DNA of 64,000 bases, taken from contig NZ_JMCB01000001.1 in NCBI RefSeq assembly GCF_000737315.1, positions 806,001 to 870,000 on the forward strand, read 5' to 3'. Under the pieces are notes generated by a model. That model did no database searches. It saw nothing but the letters and a program-made list of their open reading frames with translations, and was not told the DNA's origin. Of this stretch, positions 53,006 through 64,000 are shown one piece after another; position 1 is the first letter of the stretch; each line of letters opens with the position of its first letter. Source of the stretch: Hyalangium minutum (GTDB lineage: Bacteria; Myxococcota; Myxococcia; Myxococcales; Myxococcaceae). A program made the translations under genes and the position numbers.

Positions 53006-55435
53006 CTACCCCTCGGGTGGAAGGGCGACCCGGAACAGACTGCCCTGCCCTACCGCGCTCTCGACCTCGATCGTGCCGCCCAGCTGCTGGACAATCCCAT
53101 GGCAGATGGAGAGGCCCAGCCCGGTGCCTTCGCCAATGGGCTTGGTGGTGAAGAACGGGTCGAACAGCCGCCGCTGGTTCTCCGGCGAGATGCCACAGCC
53201 CGTGTCCGAGATCTCCAGCAACGCCCAGCCATCCTCGCGCCTACGCGTGCGGACGACGATCCGGTGCTGGTCAGCCGCCCCCTGAGGCAGGGACTGGCCC
53301 GCGTTGAGCAGCAGGTTGAGGCACACCTGGCCGAGCTTCGACTCGTTGGCGAGCACCTGAGGAACCTCCTCCAGCTCCAAGACGACCCGAGCGCGGTGCT
53401 TCAGCTCATGGAGCGCGATGTTCAGCGAGTTCCTCACCACCGCGTGCAGGTCCACCGGTGCCAAGCGCTCGTCATCTCCGCGTGCGAAGAGCTTCAGCTC
53501 CTTGACGATCTTGTTGACCCGGCGCGCTCCCTCCAGGGCCTCCGCAGCGGCCTGGCTCAGCTCGGACACATCACAGCCCGCGGTCTTCGCGTCCCCATTC
53601 CACCGGGCCAGCTCCGCCAGCTCGGAGGACAGCTGCACCAGGTTCGCCGTGACGGAGGCCATGGGGTTGTTGATCTCATGGGCGATCCCCGTGGCCAGTG
53701 TGCCCACCGAGGCCAACCGGTCCGTCAACAGGAGGCGGGCCTGGAGCTGCCTGCGCTCGGAAATGTCCTGGGCGAGCACCACGGTGGACGGAAAACCGTT
53801 GAACTCGAGTGCCAGCTCGGTGAGCTCCACGAAGACAGCGGCGCCATCGGCTCGCAGGAGCCGCTGCTCCCGGGGCTTCGAAGGGCTCACCTCTTCCACT
53901 GGGGAGGGCGGGACCTCGGTCGCCGCGCGGTTATCGGGATAGAGCACCGCCGACCACTCTGTCCCGAGCACCCGTGAGGGCTCCGTGTAGCCCAGGAGGC
54001 GCATCCCCGCGGGGTTCACGTAGACCACCTGTCCCTGCTGACGGATGATCACCGCCTCCGGCGAGCGCTCGATCAAGGTGCGGAAGTTGCGCTCGAAGCG
54101 CTGCAGCAGCTCCAGCGTGAGCAGCTCGTTCTTGAGCCGGGCGGCCTCCTCTGCCCGCTTGAGCGCCACCTCGAGCTCCGAGTTCGTCCGGGTCAGCCGG
54201 GCCGAGAGCTGCTGGTTGACGTAGCTGAGCTTGACGAAGTCCGCGATGAGGATGGCTCCCGCGCAGAGCCCCAGATCGATGATCGCCAGCGAGAAGAGTC
54301 GTGGCGCCTGAAGCACATCCACATCGGTGAGCACGTCCACGATGCTGGTGACGACAAGGCAGAGGGTGGCACTGGCCACCACCAGGTCGGCCCCGCGTCT
54401 CCCGCGTCTCACGGTCCTCAGAGTGAGGGCCAGCACGTACAGCACGAGGCCGAAGAGGTAGAGGGCGAAGCCCTGGTAGAGCTTGGGCAGCCAGTGCGCC
54501 CGGCCCGCCGCGTACACGCCGAGCAGCACGAAAACGGCTCCGCCGCAAAAGACCCGGTGAAACCTCCGGAATCGGCTCGCGCGCCCCAGGCAGTACTGCT
54601 CGAAAAACTCCAGGAACGACCAGGCCAGTGCCACCACGGCCGTGACGATCGCCGCGTATGTAGCAGGCGAGGACACTCGGGCCACCTGGATCAGCCCCGC
54701 ATGGATCGCCACATAGAAGGCCGCAGCCGCCACGAGGAAGAAGGTGGAGACTTGCAGCGCGCGATGGTCGCGATCGGCCTCCTGGCTCAGGAACGTCCCC
54801 AGGAGCACCAGCATGAAGACGAAGAGGACGAGCGCTCCGGCCTGGAAGAAGCGGCGGGTGTCGCTCGCGCGCACGTAGTACGGCATGAGCTGCTCGAAGG
54901 CGCCCAGGAAGATGCGGGCGTCGGCCACGCCATCATCTCCCTGCAGCTCCCACTCGAAGCGGAGGGCCAGCACGTTGGGCCCTGGCCGCACGTCTCGGCT
55001 GTCCACCCTCCAGGCCTCGAGCCCGTCGAGCTCTCCCTTCAGCCCCCTCATGCGCTCATCTGTCCGCCCCACCTCGTGCCCATTCAGGAAGAGCACGGCC
55101 TGGCCACTGCGCACGCCTCCCAAGGTGAATAGGAGCGGCTCGCCCTGGAGCACGGGAGGAAGCTCGAAGTGCCTTCGGACCCATGCCCGCGGCGCTCGAA
55201 ACCCCTGAGCATGGTAGCCCCCAGGCAAGTGGATCTCCTTCCACGCCGAGTCATCGAGTGCTGGATCCTTCCAGTGGGGATCATCTCCCTCGTGGATCTT
55301 CCAGCTCCCGGCCAGGTTCACCACCTGGGACGAGAGGTGCTCGGGCAGGACATACGTGTCGATGAAGATCCAGCACGTGAGGTAGGGCGCGGCAATGGCG
55401 AGCAGGAGAAGGACACGGCGAAACCGTGCGTTCAT
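53006..55435 (-). CDS. Sensor histidine kinase: GH2-type sugar-binding-like ectodomain, 7 TM, PAS, HisKA, HATPase
   Basis: NLAGSWKIHEGDD...DDSAWKEIHLPG...LFLNGHEVG; about 7 TM; PAS FRTLIERSPEA; GIAHEINNP; DPFFTTK; GTGLGL. Confidence 0.88.
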   Translation of the reverse strand: MNARFRRVLLLLAIAAPYLTCWIFIDTYVLPEHLSSQVVNLAGSWKIHEGDDPHWKDPALDDSAWKEIHLPGGYHAQGFRAPRAWVRRHFELPPVLQGEPLLFTLGGVRSGQAVLFLNGHEVGRTDERMRGLKGELDGLEAWRVDSRDVRPGPNVLALRFEWELQGDDGVADARIFLGAFEQLMPYYVRASDTRRFFQAGALVLFVFMLVLLGTFLSQEADRDHRALQVSTFFLVAAAAFYVAIHAGLIQVARVSSPATYAAIVTAVVALAWSFLEFFEQYCLGRASRFRRFHRVFCGGAVFVLLGVYAAGRAHWLPKLYQGFALYLFGLVLYVLALTLRTVRRGRRGADLVVASATLCLVVTSIVDVLTDVDVLQAPRLFSLAIIDLGLCAGAILIADFVKLSYVNQQLSARLTRTNSELEVALKRAEEAARLKNELLTLELLQRFERNFRTLIERSPEAVIIRQQGQVVYVNPAGMRLLGYTEPSRVLGTEWSAVLYPDNRAATEVPPSPVEEVSPSKPREQRLLRADGAAVFVELTELALEFNGFPSTVVLAQDISERRQLQARLLLTDRLASVGTLATGIAHEINNPMASVTANLVQLSSELAELARWNGDAKTAGCDVSELSQAAAEALEGARRVNKIVKELKLFARGDDERLAPVDLHAVVRNSLNIALHELKHRARVVLELEEVPQVLANESKLGQVCLNLLLNAGQSLPQGAADQHRIVVRTRRREDGWALLEISDTGCGISPENQRRLFDPFFTTKPIGEGTGLGLSICHGIVQQLGGTIEVESAVGQGSLFRVALPPEG

Positions 55436-55570
55436 GGAGAGGCCCCCCAGGTGAATGGTAGCCCGCTGACCTGGGTAGGTGTGTTGGAGCCCTGAAAAGC
55501 CACCGGCGCGGCCCTCGCTCCCGAAGGAGGAGAGACCGCGCCGGCTGGGACTGCTCAGCGTGAGCCTGGG

Positions 55571-58396
<2,826 letters not shown>

Positions 58397-58570
58397 GCGT
58401 TCAGTTCTCTCGCGCCGCGAGAATCCCCGAAGGGAGGCAGCGAGTGAAGGGAAATCCCTGGAGATGTAAGAGGGAACCTCGGGAAAACCACGCGCGCTCC
58501 CGAGGCATTCCTCTTGCCCGTCTGCCCTGCGCGCGGTCAGGACAGAGTAAAGCGGAACCGAGCCCACGCA

Positions 58571-59728
58571 ATGCCCCGACACCGAAAACCCCAGAATCGT
58601 CGCCCCTCTGGCCCTCCAGGGCAGCGTCCGCCCCGCGCCCAGGGCCGCTCCCCCGAGCGGCCTGACAGCGCCTCGCCCGGACCTCGCATTCCACTCAGGG
58701 TGCGGATGCCCCCTACACCTCCACAGACCGTGGCCGCTCGTCCCGGGCGGTGGCTGTGGACGTGTCGCATCGGCTTCGAGCCCCACCTTTATGAGGAGCT
58801 GGCCTGGGCGGGGGCCGAGCCGCGGGTGCTGGGCGAGGCCCTCGTGGAGAGCGAGGGGAAGCAGGGGCTCGTTCTGGCCTTCGCGCGGCAGAGCTTCCGG
58901 GTGCTCGCCAGCTTCCCGGGGGCGGCTCCCGAGCTTGCGCCCGCGATGGCGCAGGCTGTCGCTGCACTGCCTGCTTCGGCGCCGATCGTGCTCCAGGCCT
59001 TTACGCCGGACACGCCTCGGGGAAATGCACTGGCCGCCGAGGCCGACGCCCTCCGGGAGACCGTGCGTGGGCTCCTCCCCGCCAACCGTCTGCTAGAGGA
59101 CACGGACCGGGCCCGGGAGACGGGAGCACAGCTGGTCTCCCTCTGTGTGGCGCCGGGCGCCGTGACGGTGGGCGTTGTGCCCGCCCGTGAGGCCCTGTCG
59201 CTGGCCCCCGGCGGCCGCCGGCGAATGAAGCGCGCGGGCGAGTCCCCCTCCCGGGCAGCGATGAAGCTCGAGGAGGCACTCGATGGGCTGCCCTTCGAGC
59301 CGGGCCGAGGAGACGTCTGCGTGGACCTCGGCGCCGCTCCGGGCGGATGGACGCAGCGGCTGGTGTCGCGCGGAGCCAAGGTCATCGCGGTGGATCCAGC
59401 GCGGCTCATGCCCGAGCTGGCCTCGAATCCTCGCGTACGGCACGTACAGGAGAGCGCCTTCGCCTTCGCCCCCGAGGAGCCCGTGGACTGGCTCTTCTGC
59501 GACATGGCGTGGCGCCCGCTGGAGGTGGCGCAGCTGCTGGCCAAGTGGGGGCGGCGCGGATGGGCCTCTCACCTGGTGGCCAACATCAAGCTGCCCATGA
59601 ACGACAAGAACCCCATCCTCCTGCGCGTGCGCCACACGCTCACCGAGGACGGCGGCTGGAAGGGGCTGACCGTCCGCCAGCTCTACCATGATCGGGATGA
59701 GGTGACGGTGACGGCCCACCGCCGCTGA
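58571..59728 (+). CDS. rlmM: 23S rRNA C2498 2'-O-methyltransferase RlmM-like
   Basis: [40 protein letters not shown]. Start could alternatively be 58706. Confidence 0.85.
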   Translation: MPRHRKPQNRRPSGPPGQRPPRAQGRSPERPDSASPGPRIPLRVRMPPTPPQTVAARPGRWLWTCRIGFEPHLYEELAWAGAEPRVLGEALVESEGKQGLVLAFARQSFRVLASFPGAAPELAPAMAQAVAALPASAPIVLQAFTPDTPRGNALAAEADALRETVRGLLPANRLLEDTDRARETGAQLVSLCVAPGAVTVGVVPAREALSLAPGGRRRMKRAGESPSRAAMKLEEALDGLPFEPGRGDVCVDLGAAPGGWTQRLVSRGAKVIAVDPARLMPELASNPRVRHVQESAFAFAPEEPVDWLFCDMAWRPLEVAQLLAKWGRRGWASHLVANIKLPMNDKNPILLRVRHTLTEDGGWKGLTVRQLYHDRDEVTVTAHRR

Positions 59729-59777
59729 GCAGGCCAGGAATCTGCGCGGCCGAGGGCTCCGCGCTACAAGAGCGGAG

Positions 59778-60485
59778 ATGCCCTACTCCGTCGACGACGC
59801 TACCGCCACCGCGCTCATCGCCCTGCACCCCTGGGCGGTCGCCCGCAGTCCCCAGCCCGTCCAGCTTGCCGTGGAGACCCTGCTCGAGGCCGAGCGCGCT
59901 CGCCGGGGCCAGCCGGACAAGCTGGGCGCCATTCCCGCGCTCGCGCTCACCCAGGGCAGCCTCCTGAAAGAGGAGTTCGACCTGTCCACCCACGCCCATC
60001 ACGACGGCTGGCGCGTGGGTGCCGTCATCGCGGACGTGCAGGGCATGATCACCATCAACGCGCGCTTCGGCTTCGGCGTGGGAGACGCCGTGCTCAAGGC
60101 CACGGTGGACTCACTGGCCGCGCAATACCCGGGAGCCAAGGTGGTGCGCATCCACCCGGACGCGTTCGCCGCGCTGCTCACCCCCACCTCTCAGCTCACT
60201 GCCCAGGAGGGACAGCGGGAGGCCACGCGCACGCGGCTCTCGGAGGATGTGGCGAAGGTGCTCCCTGCGGGCACGCCGACGCAGGACATGCCTCGGCACA
60301 CGGTGTCCGTCATGGAGCTCACCGTGGACCAACCTTCCCACTGGCAGGTGCTGGGGCCGCTGCTGTGGGCCGAGTTGGAGCGGGCCCACGTGATGGAGCG
60401 GCAAGGGAGGACCGAGGACGAGGTGCAACGGAGGCGCATCCGCCTCGACGGCTTCGTCCCCGGACCGCCTACTCCGAGAGGATGA
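59778..60485 (+). CDS. Degenerate GGDEF-like protein
   Basis: IADVQGMITINARFGFGVGDAVL matches the cyclase N-half; RIHPDAF replaces the GGDEF hairpin. Confidence 0.7.
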   Translation: MPYSVDDATATALIALHPWAVARSPQPVQLAVETLLEAERARRGQPDKLGAIPALALTQGSLLKEEFDLSTHAHHDGWRVGAVIADVQGMITINARFGFGVGDAVLKATVDSLAAQYPGAKVVRIHPDAFAALLTPTSQLTAQEGQREATRTRLSEDVAKVLPAGTPTQDMPRHTVSVMELTVDQPSHWQVLGPLLWAELERAHVMERQGRTEDEVQRRRIRLDGFVPGPPTPRG

Positions 60486-61386
60486 ACTTCCGAGGGTTCT
60501 GCGGGATGCCGTTCACGCGCACCTCATAGTGGAGGTGCGGTCCCGTCGAGCGGCCCGTGTTGCCCACCGCCGCGATCAGCGCACCGCGCTTCACCCGGTC
60601 ACCGGCCTTCACCAGGATCTTCGACAGGTGGCCGTAGCGCGTCTTGATGCCATAGCCGTGGTCGATGACGATCACGTTGCCGTAGCCGCCCTCGAGCCCC
60701 GCGAACACCACCGTGCCGTCCGACGGCGAGAACACTTCCTTGCCATGCGGCGCCGCGATGTCGAGGCCCTGGTGCATGATCCGGTCCGCCGTGTACGGGT
60801 CCAGCCGCTGGCCGAAGTCGCTCGTCACCCAGCCGCGCGCGGGCCAGATGGAGGGCGTGGACGCCAGCAGCGACCGCTGATCCTGGAAGTACGCCTGCAG
60901 TTCCTGGAGGCTCTGCTCCTGGCGCGTGGCCTCCGCCGACAGCTTGTCCAGCCGGCCCATGAGGGCCTCGGGCTTGTCGTTGGTCGTCAGCTGGGTGAAC
61001 TGCGTGTCCGTGGTAGGCGAGGTGGTGCCGGGCTCCGGCTCCGTGGGGCCCATGGCCAGGTTGCGCTGAGGATCCGACAACATCGTCACCGCGCGCAGCT
61101 TCTGGTCGAAGCGCTCCACCCGGTCCAGCGTGGAGCCAATGTGCTCGATACGCTCGCGCACCGACTTCAGCTGGGTGCGCAGGGTGAGGTTCTCGTCCCG
61201 AAGGATGCGGTTCTCGGCGGCGTCCTTCGCCACCTGGAAGTAGTGGACCGTCGCCCCCGTCGCCACGCTTGCCACCAGCGCCACTCCCACCGCCAGCTGG
61301 ACGATGAGGGACTTCTGGATGTGGTAGCGCTTGACCGGTGCATTGTGGTCCGAGACCACCATGACGGTGTAGGTCTTATTCGCCAC
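60469..61386 (-). CDS. M23-family metallopeptidase with coiled coil
   Basis: HQGLD (HxxxD), GYGN, TRYGHLS, GNTGRSTGPHLHYEV; TM/signal plus coiled coil. Confidence 0.93.
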   Translation of the reverse strand: MANKTYTVMVVSDHNAPVKRYHIQKSLIVQLAVGVALVASVATGATVHYFQVAKDAAENRILRDENLTLRTQLKSVRERIEHIGSTLDRVERFDQKLRAVTMLSDPQRNLAMGPTEPEPGTTSPTTDTQFTQLTTNDKPEALMGRLDKLSAEATRQEQSLQELQAYFQDQRSLLASTPSIWPARGWVTSDFGQRLDPYTADRIMHQGLDIAAPHGKEVFSPSDGTVVFAGLEGGYGNVIVIDHGYGIKTRYGHLSKILVKAGDRVKRGALIAAVGNTGRSTGPHLHYEVRVNGIPQNPRKFILSE

Positions 61387-61608
61387 GCAACAGCTCCCGC
61401 TTGCATTGGGTGTGCACCACGGCGCGCAAACTTTAGTGCCTCAGCTTCCGCGCCACACCTGCCCCAGCAGCCTGACCCGCCCTGTCCATCAGTCTGCGGC
61501 ATTTCGCCGAAACTGGAACAGTTTGCGCAGCTATCATCCGTATTTCCAAGGTGTCAAGGCGAAGAGAGCCCGTACGCCTGGATGGTGCTGTTGCCGTGGA
61601 ATGATCCG

Positions 61609-62406
61609 TCAGCCCTGGATCTGCACGACGATGACGGTGATGTTGTCGTCCCCGCCCCGCTCGTTGGCCATGTCGATGAGCCGCTTCGGCATGTCCTGGA
61701 GGTTGGGCGTGCCGTTGACGAGCTCGTGGATCTCGCGGTCCTCGAGCATGTTGGCCAAGCCGTCCGAACAAAGCAGGTAGACGTCGCCGGGCTCGGCCAG
61801 GACGCCCATGACGTCCACCTGGACTTCCTCTTCGAAGCCCACGGAGCGGGTGATGATGTTCTTGTACCGGGAGTGCTTGGCCTCCTCGGGCGTGATCATC
61901 CCCGCCTTGATCTGCTCGTTGACGAGCGAGTGGTCCTCGCTGATCTGCTGAATCAGCTCTCCCCGGATCAGATAGGCGCGGCTGTCGCCGACGTGGGCGA
62001 AGAAGGCCTGATCGTCCCTCACCACCAGGGAGATGACGGTGGTGCCCATGCCGGACAGGCGTGGGTCCTCCTGGGCGGCGGTGTAGATGGCCAGACAGGC
62101 CCGCTCCACGGCGCCGCGAATGGCCTCGGGGATGAGGGCCTCCTGGAGGTTGGGGACGGTGATGAACGGGTTGTCCCGAGTCTCACGCGCCTTGCGCAGT
62201 TCCTTGTCGATGGTCTCGACGGCGATCCGGGAGGCAGTGCCTCCGCCGGCATGGCCACCCATGCCATCCGCCACGACGTAGAGCTGCAGCTCGTCGTCGA
62301 TGAGGAAGCTGTCCTCGTTGTGGTTGCGCTTCCGACCGACGTCGGTCTGACCAGCCGAGACGACCTTCAGCCGCGGTGCCGCGCTCTGTCCTGCGGTTTT
62401 GGACAC
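61609..62406 (-). CDS. PP2C-family Ser/Thr phosphatase
   Basis: NEDS, VADGMGG, HVGDSRAY, LCSDGL, GGDDNIT. Start placed at GTG 62406, 7 nt after TAGCAT. Confidence 0.92.
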   Translation of the reverse strand: MSKTAGQSAAPRLKVVSAGQTDVGRKRNHNEDSFLIDDELQLYVVADGMGGHAGGGTASRIAVETIDKELRKARETRDNPFITVPNLQEALIPEAIRGAVERACLAIYTAAQEDPRLSGMGTTVISLVVRDDQAFFAHVGDSRAYLIRGELIQQISEDHSLVNEQIKAGMITPEEAKHSRYKNIITRSVGFEEEVQVDVMGVLAEPGDVYLLCSDGLANMLEDREIHELVNGTPNLQDMPKRLIDMANERGGDDNITVIVVQIQG

Positions 62407-62465
62407 GGTAGGGATGCTATGTGACGACTTGGAGCGGGGCAAGGATGCGAATGCTCGTGGCGTCT

Positions 62466-64000
62466 TCAAGCGCTCTGTCGAAGGCGCCCCCGGGCCCCTC
62501 CCCCAGGCGTCGGCTCACGCCGGGGCCGGGGGGGAGCCCCCAAGGCGCGGTGCGCCGAACGAACCAGGGCCTCGGCCGCCCCCAGTGCCTCCCGAGTCAC
62601 CTCGACCCCGGAGAGCATTCGGGCCAGCTCATGCGTCCGCTCGGCCCCCGCCGCCAGGGGAACCACCTCGGAGACGGTGCGCTCGCCCTTGAGCCCCTTG
62701 CGGATGAGCAGGTGGGCGTCCGCGTAGGCAGCCACCTGAGGCAGGTGGGTGATGCACAGGACCTGGCGGTGCCCGGAGACCTCCTTGATCATCCGTCCCA
62801 CGACATCCGCGATGGCCCCGCTCACCCCCGAGTCTGCTTCGTCCAGCACGTAACACCCGCACCCGTCGCTGCCCGCCAGGGCTCGCTTGAGGGCCAGCAG
62901 GAGCCGGCTCGCCTCGCCTCCCGAGGCCACCTTGGCCAGAGGCCGGGGCGGCTCGCCCGGGTTGGCGCTGAAGAAGAACTCCACCTCGTCCAGGCCCTCG
63001 GGCCGGAGGGTGGTGCCCTGCGTCACCCTCACCTCGAAGGCCGCCTTGCCCAGGGCCAGGCCCGCCAGCCCCTCCCGCACTTGGAGGGAGAACCGACCCG
63101 CACAGGCAGCGCGGGCGCGCGACAGGCCTGTAGCACTCTCTCTCGCACGGGCCTCTGCCGCCTGCTTCTCCTTGGCGAGCCCCTCGAGGATCTCCTGGCG
63201 GTTCTCCAGGGTGGACAGCTCCGCCTCCAGCTCGCCGCGCTTCTGGAGCACACCTTCGAGGGCCGCGCCGTGCTTGCGGCACAGGCGCTTGATGGCGTCC
63301 AAGCGCTCCTCCACCTCGCCCAGCCGGGAGGGATCCGACTCCAACCCCTCGGCGTAGCGGCTCAGCTTGCGCTGGGCCTCCTCCAGCTCCGCCATGGCAG
63401 TGCCCATGGACTGAACCAGGGGCCCGAGTGTCGCGTCACACCGCAGTGCGTCGTTCAAGAGCCCCAGCGCCCGCCCCACCGTCTCCAGGGCCGAGCTCTC
63501 GTCACCCGAGACGAGCAGCTCGGCCTCGGCGGCCTGGCGCTTGAGCTTTTCCGCTCCGGCCAGCCGGCGCCGCTCCACGTCCAGCTTGGCGTCCTCGCCC
63601 GGAGCGGGATCCAGGCGGTTGATCTCATCCAGTTGGAAGCGCAGGAACTCGGCGCGCTCGCGCACGCGGGCCTCGTCGCCGCCCAGCGACTCCATCTTCG
63701 CCTCCAGCTCGCGCACGGCGGCGAAGTGCTGGCCATAGGCCTCGAGCGCCTCGGAGAGGTTCCCGTACCGATCCAGCAGCGTGCGGTGCAGGCTGGAGTC
63801 GAACAGGCTCACGTGCTCGTGCTGGCCGGCAATGTCCACCAGCCCCCGGGTGAGCCGGCCGAGAATCCCCACCGTCACCAGCGAGCCGTTCACATAGGCC
63901 TTGGCGCGGCCGTTGCGCCCCACCACGCGGCGCACCAGCACTTCCTCGCCCAGGTCCGGCAACCCCAGCTCTTCCAGACGCTCGGCCACCACCGGAGTGC
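62466..64000 (-). CDS. recN: DNA repair protein RecN (5'-truncated by window end)
   Basis: IHGQH-like IAGQHEH, coiled coil, SANPGE, KVASGGEASR, DEADSGVSG, QVLCITHLPQVAA, ELARMLSG. Confidence 0.95.
   Translation of the reverse strand, partial: TPVVAERLEELGLPDLGEEVLVRRVVGRNGRAKAYVNGSLVTVGILGRLTRGLVDIAGQHEHVSLFDSSLHRTLLDRYGNLSEALEAYGQHFAAVRELEAKMESLGGDEARVRERAEFLRFQLDEINRLDPAPGEDAKLDVERRRLAGAEKLKRQAAEAELLVSGDESSALETVGRALGLLNDALRCDATLGPLVQSMGTAMAELEEAQRKLSRYAEGLESDPSRLGEVEERLDAIKRLCRKHGAALEGVLQKRGELEAELSTLENRQEILEGLAKEKQAAEARARESATGLSRARAACAGRFSLQVREGLAGLALGKAAFEVRVTQGTTLRPEGLDEVEFFFSANPGEPPRPLAKVASGGEASRLLLALKRALAGSDGCGCYVLDEADSGVSGAIADVVGRMIKEVSGHRQVLCITHLPQVAAYADAHLLIRKGLKGERTVSEVVPLAAGAERTHELARMLSGVEVTREALGAAEALVRSAHRALGAPPRPRREPTPGGGARGRLRQSA

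Overview
GC-rich myxobacterial chromosome window (Cystobacterineae-like; inferred from MYXO-CTERM and Cys-rich repeat proteins, SigA architecture and gene order). The core scaffold is: probable dnaG end-rpoD-tRNA-Ile2; ctaB/cyoE; a TPR membrane protein; tRNA-Ala(CGC); a DUF2760-like gene plus two atypical Hsp70s; a 5'-nucleotidase; a phytase-like surface protein; an rmd-like reductase and glycosyltransferases; a large Fe-S flavoprotein; a Ser/Thr kinase; sixA-cyaY; frr-pyrH-tsf-rpsB; secA; rlmM; two degenerate GGDEF proteins; an M23 peptidase; a PP2C phosphatase; and partial recN. Accessory-looking blocks are: 2.7-8.3 kb (orphan kinase, cupin, csp, Spy/CpxP-like protein plus two-component system); 24.6-29.6 kb (beta-propeller lipoprotein plus candidate toxin-immunity pair); 33.7-38.2 kb (GT2-methyltransferase fusion plus two GT-C proteins); and 50.7-55.4 kb (cupin, APC permease, sugar-binding-domain kinase). 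The best candidates for undescribed systems are (1) a three-gene chaperone module whose first gene appears to be a divergent GrpE-like nucleotide-exchange factor serving two non-canonical Hsp70s, and (2) a lipoprotein-like toxin with a PD-(D/E)xK-like C-terminus overlapping a putative immunity gene. No CRISPR, rRNA, transposase or integrase was seen. All family assignments come from motifs read by eye; no database search was run.
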